From Macrostomum lignano (lineage: Eukaryota), in the NCBI GenBank assembly GCA_002269645.1, contig NIVC01003907.1, positions 1 to 64,000 of the forward strand: 64,000 nucleotides of DNA. Reading direction: 5' to 3'. Made by a program: the position numbers and the translations under genes. The notes under the pieces are model-generated. The model was given only the letters and a program-made list of their open reading frames with translations. It searched no databases and was not told the DNA's origin. Positions 12,501-24,500 of the stretch are shown one piece after another (position 1 is the stretch's first letter; each line of letters opens with the position of its first letter).

Positions 12501-15500
12501 ACTCCAATTAGACGCCCATCGAAAGTAGCTTAGCATGGTTCTTTTAGTCCAGCTATTAATCGTTTTACAACACTTAAATTTTACTTCGTATCCTGAGGGG
12601 TTGTTGCCTGAGGGGTTGTAGCCTGAGGGGTTTTAGCCTGAGGGGTTGCTGCCTGAGGGGTTGTAGCCTGAGGGGTTGTAGCCTGATGGGTTGTAGCCTG
12701 AGGGGTTGTAGCCTGAGGGGTTGTAGCCTGAGGGGTTGTAGCCTGAGGGGTTGTAGCCTGAGGGGTTGTAGCCTGAGGGGTTGTAGCCTGAGGGGTTGTA
12801 GCCTGAGGGGTTGTAGCCTGAGGGGTTGTAGCCTGAGGGGTTGTAGCCTGAGGGGTTGTAGCCTGAGGGGTTGTAGCCTGAGGGGTTGCTGCCTGAGGGG
12901 TTGTAGCCTGAGGGGGGTTGTAGCCTGAGGGGGTTGTAGCCTAGTGGTTAGAGCGTCGGACTCGCGACTTGAAGGTCGGGGGTTCGATTCCCGATCCCTT
13001 GTGTCCATTGTGTCCTTGAGCAAGACACTTAACTCTGCATTGCTTCAGTTCACCCAGCTGTAAAATGGGTGCCAGCATTAGCTGGGGGTAATTGAGGGTG
13101 TGTGGCGACCCCCGGTCCTACGCCAGAGCCGACAGAGCCTCCTACAGCCGTACGCAGCCTTCAGATGCGCCGCGCAATAGCTGCGACTGAGCTGTCGGTT
13201 GCACATCTGGCCCAATTGGGGCAGGTGTAATCACGTGTAATCAGTGTAATCACAATAATCATTTCTACTATTTTAGTTTCCAAACTATTTTTAGCTCAGA
13301 GGCTAAATGTTTTGCATTGAAGTCAGTGTTCTGCATATTACGATCTATTATTCTTAACTTTCTAAATCAGCTGACCGGTTTTACTTCAGGTGGAGAAGAA
13401 GAAAGTCAAAGCGACTCTGAAGCCGGCGGAGCTCGCCAAGATCAAAGCCGCGCAGGAGGCTCGCCTATCCGAGGTGAGCTTTTTGTGAAATTCAGCTTAT
13501 TATACCATTATAAACTCTTTATTCTACTAACAAGTAGAAAAATGATTCACGATATTATTCGAAAAAAATAGAATATAAAGAAATTTTCGCTAGTTTCGGT
13601 TCAAATTCGAATAAAGCTTTTGTAATTTGATCACCAATTAAGCAAATGATAGTGTACTAGTATTTGTTTATCAGAGCTACTTTAGTTTAGGCTCAACAAC
13701 ACTTCAGTCAACGATTACAACTAAATTTTAGGGCTACTGAAATTCAAAAGCAAAGTTTTCGAATAAAATTGGTGCAAGCAAATGATAAATAAATAGTCGC
13801 ATAGTCGACAGCAACAAGTCAACGTAAAGTAGTGTCTCTTCTCTAAGCGGCTCCAAAAATCAGTAGAACAGCTCCTCAGCGCCGTTGTCCAGGCTGGCGT
13901 TCAGCGCAGAGATCACGCGGTCTTCCTGGCCACCGCTGCCGCTGCCGCCTCCGCCGCCTCCGCCGCTGCCGCTGCCGCTGCCTCCGGCAATTTGCCTCTC
14001 GTGCGCTCCGTCGTGAAAGCCGTTGCGGTTGCCGCCGCCGCTGCCGCTGCCGCCGCTGCCACTCGGCCCGGCTCCGTCTTCGTCCGGCACGTACAATGGA
14101 TTCCGGGTTATTTTGGCAGCGTGCGGATGGTGCTGCTGCGGCTGCGGCTGCTCCTGTTGCTGGTAGACATGGTTGTAGGCACCCAGCTCGTAGTCCACTT
14201 CGTCTCGCGGCTGACTCCGTCTCTGCTCAACTTGAGCAAGCTGCTGCGGCAGTCCGTACGGATTGTTCTGATCATCCAGCTCGTCAGCAAAGCGCATGGT
14301 GATGACCTGAGAGTCCGGCGATCCCTGGGGTCGTTGCTGCGTCTGCTGCTCCTGCGGCTCCGGCTGCTGCTGAGGACCTTTGATCGGCTGGTAGAAATTC
14401 TGCGGCATTGGCGGCTGCAGCTGTTTCTGCTGCGGCTGCGGCTGCGGCTGCGGCTGCGGCTGCGGCTGCTGCTGCCTGGCGGACGCTGGCCTCTGCTGCG
14501 ATACGTTGACATAGAGCGGCTGCTGAACAGGCCGCTGCTGCTGCGCTGGCGGTAGCTGCTGGTCCACTCGCGGCTCCTGCTTACCCTGGTAGATAATCCG
14601 AGCCGATCCGACCGTGGGACTGGCGCCGTCGGCCACTGTGGCCTCGCCGGCCAGGCTGTTCTCAATGGTGTCCAGCTTTATCTCGTCCGGCAGCTGCAGC
14701 CCAATCAGCACCGGCGTCCGCAGCTGCACGGGTTCCTGACTGCGCTCAACCTCGGCTTTGAACACCAGCCAGTAGCGCACGCCGATGATGCTGGAGTTGG
14801 GTAGGCCGCTCGGCGGGATGAAGCGCGGCACCGTCAGCCCCACGTGGCGCCACTGTCGGTCTGTTGGAAAGATTAAGCAATCAATCAGTGATTATCAGTT
14901 GAGCAGGCGTGTCTAAAGCAGCAGAAACAGTCTGGTTAACTTACTCTCCTGTTGTCGCACCACATACTTGTCCTCGTAGTCAGTCACAATCAGCCGTTCA
15001 GTGTTCACTCGACCGCGGACCCGATATTCGACTTCCATCACCAGCGCAATGCTCATGCTCCGAACCACCTTGCGTGACGAGTTGATGAGGTTCAGATTCA
15101 CGAAGATGTTGTCTCCGATGTCGTAGGCTCGTCTCGGCATGAACAGCGACACCTTGATTGAGTTGGAGCCAGTCGTCAGAGCGGAGGTTTTGATCGGGTG
15201 CTTGTAGTCAATCCGGTAGGAGTTCAGGTGATTGGCCATGCCCTCCAGGGGGAGTCGTGACTCCACCATGAAGACGTTGGTAGTGATGCAGGGCTCGCGG
15301 TGAACCGGCTCATTTCGGTCAGCCTGGATGACCACCTTCACCAAGTAGGACACGTTGCCGTAAGACCCTGTGAAAGTCGCTGGCAGTTCGAATGGCAGGT
15401 CGCAGGCGAACGGGAACACGTGCTCACCCGGCGACAGCGTCACCATCTCATAGCTTCGCTTGCCAACGAGCTCGGCGATTTCGTTCAGGTAGACCTCGTC

Positions 15501-18500
15501 GTCGGAAACGAGCTCGTCACCCTGCAGGGTGCGCAGCCGCCAAGCCGCGCAGCTCGCCGGCGAATAGACGCCGATGCCGTTCGGACCGTCGCTGCGGTCC
15601 AAGATGATCTCGAAGCTCTGCACCTTGCCATTGGGCTCGAACGGCACGTTCCTGGGCCGCTCGATGGCGTTGCTTCGCTCCATTATTTTTTCCGAGTTCG
15701 AGCTTTGGACTGAGCTGTTTGCTGCCGAGTATCAAAAAGCTTTTGTCTCTACCTGACCAAGCCGGGCTCATCTGGCTTGTTTTATTGCGACCCGCTGGTG
15801 TGGGGTGGACCAGGGTAAGAAAAAGAGGGTCTGACAGACTGGGCGACCAGAGAATGAAATGAAATGCGCGCCATCGCCGAGCCTCAGCCGCAGCTGTTTG
15901 TTTATCTCGTCCTTCGAGAAACTTCATTCTTGGCAGGGAGGCCCAGAGCTCCTCTGAGCAAAGCAACAACTGCTCAAAACTGGGGTGGGATGGATCGAAT
16001 AGCCATGCATCCATCTAGAATTCTCTTTCTCTGCATCTTGCTAAGGCGACTCACCCACCCACTCAGTGTCTGCTGAGACACTCAGTTACCTGGCAATCGC
16101 AAAATTCCATTTTTTATTCTGATGCTCCGCGCGTGCACTTCAAACTGGCTTGCTATTTTCTACCTGAGCGAGACTGCTTTCAGAAAAAGACACGGAATGG
16201 GCAGTCAGAGACTGCTCTACTCAAACCTCTGCGCTTTTGAGCAGAGTTTACTCGTCGCGTCATCTTAGAAACATCCACCCAGTCTCCGACCGAAAAACAC
16301 TGCAAGCCCCATCGCCCCACTCTTTGGGCGTTGCCTTCAAAGAAAAGATCTGTACACTCCGTTTGCTGAAAACTTCTTCTAACTGGCTTGCTAATTTTGC
16401 AAAGCAAAGTTAGAATGGCAGGCTAGATGAAACATAATGAAAAATTATGTATAAAGTTGGGCCAGACGACAGAAGCTGAATCTTTACCAAAGTAGTAAAT
16501 GAAAAACAGGTTCTATAAAATTTTAAGAATTTAAAGAAAGAAAGTCGAGCAACGACTGTGAGGGGCTACGATTAATTCTCTAGGGAGGGACGGAGAGAGG
16601 CGGATTCAGGGACTGAGGCTGAGCGGAGAGGCGGATTCAGGGACTGAGGCTGAGCGGAGAGGCGGATTCAGGGACTGAGGCTGAGCGGAAGAGCGGAGAG
16701 GCGGTTTCAGGGACTGAGGCTGAGCGGAAGAGCGGAGAGGCGGTTTCAGGGACTGAGGCTGAGCGGAGAGGCGGATTCAGGGACTGAGGCTGAGCGGAGA
16801 GGCGGATTCAGGGACTGAGGCTGAGCGGAAGAGCGGAGAGGCGGTTTCAGGGACTGAGGCTGAGCGGAAGAGCGGAGAGGCGGATTCAGGGACTGAGGCT
16901 GAGCGGAGAGAGGCGGATTCAGGGACTGAGGCTGAGCAGAAAGGCAGATTCAGGGACTGAATCAGAGCGGAGAGACAGATTCAGGGAAAGAGTCAATGTG
17001 AGATAGACATGGAATACACAGCCTACATTTCTAATATTAAAAGCTTGAAGGAAAGTCCAGTTTAGGCTAAAAATATGCTTTTTATGCTACTGGCAGTAGA
17101 CAGATGCTGAACTCTCTGAAACGCTGCAGGAGGATGAATGGATTCGCACGGCGTTTCGCGAAATTTTGTTCACCAGCCGCGGCTCTGAGTTCCGGGTCCT
17201 GACAGAGGCCGGCGTGCATGGAATTCCACCGCCAGACGCTGAAAGCCTTCAGCAGCCGCCGGCGGCGACAAACCAGCAATCGTCGAACCAGCAGGAGTCG
17301 CAGGCGAAGCACGGCTACATCACCTTGCTGCCCGCGGACGCTACGGACAAGGCCGCCGAGGAGGACGAGAATGTCCGCAGCGCGGCGGTGCCCCGGCGAA
17401 CCATCTTGGAGGCGAAGATTGCGTAAGTGTCGCAATGGATGGCTGAGTCATTTTGCAATGGCGTAAGCCCATGCTGAATCCCGACGGTTTCGTTTATTTT
17501 TCAAAAAACATTTCGCACACTCGGGCTTTGTCATCGGGGGTGGCTTGGGTGGATCAGTCTTTGCACCCGTCCTCCTGATTCCACTATGGGTTGGCGGTGT
17601 CTTAGTCCATAGGCTTGGGTTAGTAGCATCCAAATAAGGCTTCACCGGGCCTTGAGTTCTGGTCCCAATCTGGGCCACTCGGGCTTCGGCCCCAGGTAGT
17701 ATGGCCCCCTACAAGATCCAGCGGCAGAGCCCTTCCTTGGGCTGATCCGCGGGTAGCCCCGGCTTCCCACCCCGTTTAACAACAACAAACAAAAGGTCTC
17801 ATCCCGCTACTTATAGTAATCCATGATCCAGATGATGAAAAATATCAACCCCGAGGCAAAATCGGTCTAAAAATTCCAATCTCTTCTGCATCAACCTCGC
17901 AGCATCCGGCAGAACTTTCTGGACTTTCTCGACTCCTGGCGACCGGAAGCGGCTCAGCGCGGCGCCGGCATCGTCCGCGCCAAAACCGAGGAGCTGGAGG
18001 CCGAGCTGCGCCTCCGCCTGCACCTGCACGAGCCTCGGGCCCGCCGAGCCGAGCTGGACGTTCACAACGTGCGCGCTGCCGAGCTCGTGATGCACTCGGA
18101 GCGGGTGACGCGCCACACCAAGGGCGTCCAGCAGACTCTGGACGCCATGAAAGCGGAATTTGCCGCCATGAACGAAGAGCACGAGTGGCTCATGCGCGAA
18201 TTCGCCACCAAGATTGACGGAATGACAGAGGCCTACACCAGCGCGACAAAGTCTGCCAAGTAAGCGCTTGCTTTTGGTACTGCGGCGCACTTCTATTGAT
18301 ATAAAACTTAAAAATTGAAACCCATCTACATAGAAGAAAAATACATGTTAAGAAGTCAAAGGCTTGGTGTAGATTTACTACGAGATGTATTATATAAAGT
18401 GCTCTAGGTAAAGTTAAGAGAGCCAAAAGTTTGCAAAATACAGCTCAAAACCACCTTAAAACTTAATAATCGTGAAGCATCGTAAGTGCGTAACAAACTG

Positions 18501-21500
18501 TCTATATTTGATGCCTTGTATTTGTTCGTTCATCAAGTACGAGTTGTAGCCTAGTGATTAGAGGTTAGTGGTCAAAACTCACGACTTGAAGGCCTGGGGT
18601 TCGATTCCCGATCCCACTGGAAGCAAGAGCGCGAACTTGAGCAAGACACTTAACTGTGCATTGCTTCAGCTCACCAGCTGTAAAATGGGTGCCAGCATTA
18701 GCTGGGTTAATTGAGGTTGTGTGTAGCGACCCCCCCCCAAGTCATTGGACTGAACAGCCGTACGAAGCCTTCAAGATGCGCCTCGAAATAGCTGCGGCTG
18801 AGCTGTCGGTTGCACACCTATTATTAGTAATTTTATTATCAAATAAAGCAAGCCTTTTCTGGATGTCCAGGTAGCGTACAGCTTCTGAGTATTCTAGTAG
18901 TATCATGACTAGTAGCATACATAGCATAGTGCTGCCTCCCCCCAAAGTAACTGTTGAAGCGACAACACCTGAACCGCTTGTGGAAATTTGGTTTCAACTT
19001 ACGCAGACTCGTCACGCTCAGCTCACAGTGCACCACCGAGGTGGAGACTCTCATGGAGGGCATCCGCACCAGCCTGCGCAAATTCCGCCAGGGCCTTGAC
19101 AACAAGCTCCAGATGCTTCGCGAGGCTAACGCCAGGTTTGTCAAGTCGTTCAAGCTATTCTCCGAGGGCGGAAACTTCTGCCCGGAGGAGGTTGACGACT
19201 ACCGCAAGCGGCTGGACAAGATGACGAGCCGAGTGGACGCGGCGGAGTCCAGCATCCTGTCCGAGTTGGAGGGAATGGAGAAGAAAAGGTTGGACGCGGC
19301 TAATGCAAAAGTTCGCGAATTCGAAGAGCAGTTCCGAAACCACATGGTGGACCTGGTGTTCATGGAGAAGGTGGCGCGGTGGCTCACCAACACTCAGGTA
19401 CGCAAAAATGAGTACAAATTTTGAGATGATCGAGGAATGACATTCTGCGCTGACATAAATTGAAATTTGAACGCGCGTGCGCTGTCTCATTAGATGATCA
19501 ACTTTTCTATGTACTAATTTGTTCATAAAGGCAGGAAGTCCAAAGCTAAGCCAAACTTTCGCATCAATTTCAATTCTCAGGTCAAAATCAAAGCGGAGGT
19601 GTCTGACAGCAACTCGCAATCGTTGAAGCTCGTGGAGACTCTGGACAGCCTTGCCAAACGCGTGGACGCCTGCGCCCGGCCGAACCTGGACAAGGAGACC
19701 GTCCGACCCGAGGACCTCTACGGCGGGCTGCACGATATCTTCGACATGTTCAACGATCGGAGCGTCTACTTGAACTGCATCGGCACGCAGAAGCCGCCGC
19801 CTGTGGTTGTCACTGTTGACGAAGCTGCAGCCGCGGCACCAGCCGCCGGGAGTTCGAGCTCTCCGGACGCTGCCGGAACTGGCGGGACCGCGACAAGCAG
19901 GTAAATGTCACAGGCAAAGTGTTTAACTTTTCATTTCTAAAAGTGTTATAGCATTAGGGCAAGATGAATGCTCAGAAATAACACCATATACTTTGTGCTT
20001 TCTTGATCTTTATGGTGAGACACAACTACGGTGAGAAATTTCTTACGTCCTATTGGATGTCGTGTCGGAGAGCCTTTAAAACCACAACTTATTTGCCACT
20101 CCTGCAGGCAACAGCAGCTAGTGCGGCTGCCCAGCACCCAGCCGACTCCAGTGAGCCGGCCCGGCAAGCAGCCGCCCGAGGAACCGTCAGCCGGGGTCAT
20201 CAAGCGCATCATGCGCACCCAGCGAGCGCGAGCGCACGGCGGCGGCGAGGTGGTGATCGAGGCTGACCGAGACGAAGCCGGAGGCGCTGGCGGCGGTGCC
20301 GGCGGCCTGGCCGGTGCCAAAGACAGAAAGCTGGCAGCCAGAAAGAAGAAACCTGGAGATGCAGAGCCCCAACAGGAGCAGCAGGTGATTTTGAGACATT
20401 CAGTGGATTTCAGTGGATGACTTGCCTCTAGACAGATACTCAGATTCGATACTCAGATCGAAGTTTTATAAGCAAACTTGGTTTGTCAATTTTGCAGGCA
20501 TCGCAGGCAGCTGGCACAGGTGACAACACGCACACTCCGTCGCTGCAAGGTCCGGGCCACGCCTCGGTCACCAAGATGGCGTCGAGACGCGAGTCTGGGG
20601 AGCCGCAGCAGCAGCAGCAGCCGACGGGAGGCGGTGGAGGCGGCGCTCATCCGCCAGTGAACCGCAGGACATCAGCGTGAGTTCTTCGTTACCAGGGCTG
20701 TCTTGGGCGACAAGAATTAAAGCAATAGGAACTGAATCATATTTGGCAAAGTAGTTTGTTTATTTTCTCCTAAGTTCATAACACAATTCCCTGTCTTTGT
20801 TTATGAGCTTTCTCTGTTCCCTTGTTTTAGTGGTTTTTATTTTCTAAAATTTGCCATCGACTCGTCTTCCAGCCGAGGCCGGCCCGTCGTGTACTTTACC
20901 TGGAGAACTGTCTCCATGCAAGTTTCCGACTGAACTATAAAACCCGTATTGCCTCTAGAATGTGACTGTACCGTGATATTTGCATTTTCAGTAGCTAAAC
21001 CAAACTTAGCTGACTTGGATTAACAACACTTTGAGTAGGAAAATTTTACACTGTTTATTTTTACAGCACCATACTAACTTATTAGGGCAGGTAAAATGCT
21101 TTCAAATTTGTTTTGCTTTGGAAGCTGACCCAACTTGGGACGATGAGCTCTGGTTTATCCAGCATCTTCGTTAGCTCAACCAGCTCGATGCAGCGCCGGA
21201 AGTCTTCCAGCATTGGTTCGAATCTCTCCACTTTAAAGGGCCGGCATTCGAAACTCGACTGGTCGGCAGAGCAGCCGCATCAGCACCATCCAGGAGGCCT
21301 CAGCAGGTGGTGGCCACATGCTGCAGGACCTGAAGGCTCTCGTAGAGAAGGAGCTGCAGGATGCCATGGCGTAATCAACAGTCGAATCTGTTTTTTTTAT
21401 TTTCAAACAGTTTGAGCACACAAAGCCAGTTGCTTGCTTTTGCTATTCTTCATTTATAATCAAATCAATTTTATTCGATATTTTTGCACCCTAGCTGAAA

Positions 21501-24500
21501 GTAAACTAAATTTTTCCTGTTCAAATTTATTTCATTTTTGCACATGTCTGTCTGTTGGCTCTTTCACAAGAGTAGTAGTAAGACCGACTTTCCTACAGAT
21601 GCACTTCTGATTGCTTGTGAAGCCTTTCATTTTTATTATGGTTTGGTCGAATAATTATTTACGCGTAAATTTAAGTACTTTCATCTGGCTTTTTTGGAAA
21701 AAAAGTTCTAAGAGTACTGGTTAAGTTTGTCCTGATCGGTTTTCAACCCTTTTCTTCAAACTGCCAGTTCGCGCAAGTTTGTTGCCAAAAACCAGCGCCT
21801 CGACAAAAAGTACATGGTGTTCGGCGAGGGCGAGGACCCGGCTGAGGCGCAGCATTTCCTTGGCCGAGTCAGGCGGATTTGCCGAGAGGCTCTGGACGGC
21901 ATGCTGCTGGCTGCCGAGCTGTACTACCGGCAGAAGGGCAGCCGGCCAGTCACCCGGCCTCAGGCGCTGCACGAGACCTTCGACCAGTGCTCGGAGGTGA
22001 TTATCTCGAAGCTGCAGGTGAGCGAGAACCTTCTGTCTTCGTAGAAACAATTGTCTAAACTCTGTAATGTGACACGCCTTCTTGCTTAATGTGAAGTTTT
22101 TGTCTTCGATCCGTCATGTCGTTGCGTTTGGACTCCGCTTAATCAATGAGTCAATCACCTAAAATGTTTCGGATTGTTTGTCACCTACAGTGACTCCAAG
22201 TCGTAACTCCGCGCATCCGCAGGCTTATTTCGGCCAGGCGGACGCCTATCACAACTCCTGCGTGATCGAGCTGCGCAACCAGCTCGAACGACTCGAACGC
22301 CTTGCCGAGCAAATCCCGCGACTGGCCTTCGAGGATCTCTACAAACGCTGCGTCCAATCGGTGCGCGCCGGCCTCGACAGGCTGTCCGCCGAGGCGGCGT
22401 CAGCACTGACGGAGCTGGAGCAACGACGGCGCAAACACGAGGAGACGCTGTCGCCGGCACTTGGCCATCCGGAGCGTCTGCACCGTCTGGAGGCTGTCTG
22501 CCGCGCCGAGCAGCAGCGCCACGAGGAGCTTCTGGCCGCCCTAGCCGCACTGAAGACCGACAAGCAGGTGCGTCTATGATCTGTTTAGTCCTGTGAGAGT
22601 CTGTTCCGTGGCCTAACTAAAGGAAAGGTCACTAACTGAGAGCTAGATAGTTAAAGCTACCTGGTGCCGAACAAGCATGTATTTGGCGCAAGTCCTTTTA
22701 CCTGGGTCTCTCATGGTAACGATAGTTTGTTCGCACTGGAAATGCACTCGTAATGTAGGGGCTTACATACTCTGTCTATGAGCTACGAGCTATAAAAGTA
22801 TTGAATTTCAGACCCTTATTCCGGCAAATTATTTACCAGTTATTTAAAAACGACTCCTACTATCATACTTGTTGTGTATCGAGCTTTGCAGATAACAGTT
22901 GTATTTTAACTTAGGAAATAAGATGTAAGCATAGCAGGTCTTAAAGAAAGAAAAGGAAAGCTGGGGCTTTTAGCTGCTTTGGTGGGGAATTGAGGTCATA
23001 GATGCTCGTATAACTGTAAAGAATCAAGGCTAACATTGAAGGAATAAGTAACGATGGGGGAGCGATTCATAACAAGTAACGGTGAGGGCGATTCTTCAGG
23101 GCACAACATGTCCCCTCTTGGTGGAGCTTATGTTGTTGCAGTATTAAAGTTTTTCGAAAATCGGAAAATAGTTCATGACACAAAGCGATCAGGCGCGGTC
23201 CGGTTCCTGCTTCCTCTTCGCGGGAGCGTATCCTCTCCAGGCTCGGGGCTTTTGTCCTCAGCAGTGCCAGGCTCCTCCCTGGTGACCGGAGCGTGTTGGT
23301 CCTCCTCATCTTCTGACTCAACTCCTGGCGATTGAGAGGCTAGTGGGGCGATCTGGTTTGTGCTGGTGAAGCGAAGGTTGTCCTCGGTCAGGATCCAAGC
23401 CGTATTGCGGCCAGCCGTCATGACGAAAGTCACTGGGTTGCCAACGGCAGAACTATTGGGCGTGTAGATGACGCTGTCACCCTGTTCAAAGTGCGACACA
23501 ACCGGGACACGGAGTCGTCATCCAAAAATTATTTCGGCGGGGCAGCCTCCTCGGGACGAAGCAGAATTCCGATGATGCAGGAGCACCTTTTGCAGGAAGT
23601 GGCTGAATTTCATATGCGTTAATCTTTCCGACCAGGCCCGCAGTGCCGACTTGACCGTTTGCACAGCTCTTTCAGCTGCCCCGTTCGCTTGCGGGTAGTA
23701 TGCCGGTGATTCCAGTTTGCTCGGGTAAACTCGGGCGCGTTGTCTGATACAACAACCTCTGGAACCCCAAAGCGCGTGAATACTGTTGTGAGGCACCGAA
23801 TGACGGAGTCAGTTGTCCGGTCGCGACTAGGGAAGGCCTCTATCCAGCCTAAGAACGCGTCCACAACTATTATAGTGTTTCCAGCGTCCTTTACGAATGC
23901 CCAATCCATATGAATCCGTTGGAATGGGTATGTTGACGGGGGCCAGTGGTCTCTGTCACGCCCAGCGTGTGGCGCAGTTGGTTGCACCCGGGGCAGCGCT
24001 GCACATATTGAGCGACATCATGCTGCATCTCAGGCCACCAACAGGTCGCAGATAGCAAATTGTAGGAAGCCTGCACTCCGGAATGTGTGCTTTGAATCGT
24101 GTTGAAGGCGGTCTGTCGTAAACGAGGAGGTATGTATACGCGCCTCTGCATGTAGAGCAGGCCATTCTCCAGCGTCAATTTTTCGGCAACCTTCTTAAAT
24201 TGTGCTTCTGCCTGGCTGCAATTCATCCATTTCCTTGTCGCACCCGATTGAATATCTTCTGTGCAAAGCCGTCGACGTCTATTTCAGCGGCAATCCTTCT
24301 GGCGTCAATAACGGGCGATTCAAAAGCCACTGAGTTAATTGCTTCAAAAGTTGTCTTGTCATCAACCGTGCTGCCCTTAAAACGCAGTCTTGAGAGAGCG
24401 TCAACGTGCGGATTGCTGCTGCCACGTACATTCTGTATTTGGTAGTCGAACTGCATCAGGTACATCGCCCAACGGCCGATCCGTGCGGATGCATTTAGCG

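Noticed and set aside
12935-13010. tRNA gene
   Set aside because: The A/B boxes continue into a CORE-like body shared by three diverged copies, so it is a SINE head and not a clean cloverleaf.
16143-16393. 13-bp direct repeat AACTGGCTTGCTA flanking ~225 bp
   Set aside because: The enclosed sequence has no element hallmarks and the repeat could be chance.
17520-17800. Possible 3' tail of another LINE/SINE ending in (AAC)n
   Set aside because: Single copy in the window, with no TSD or ORF found. It needs a genome search.
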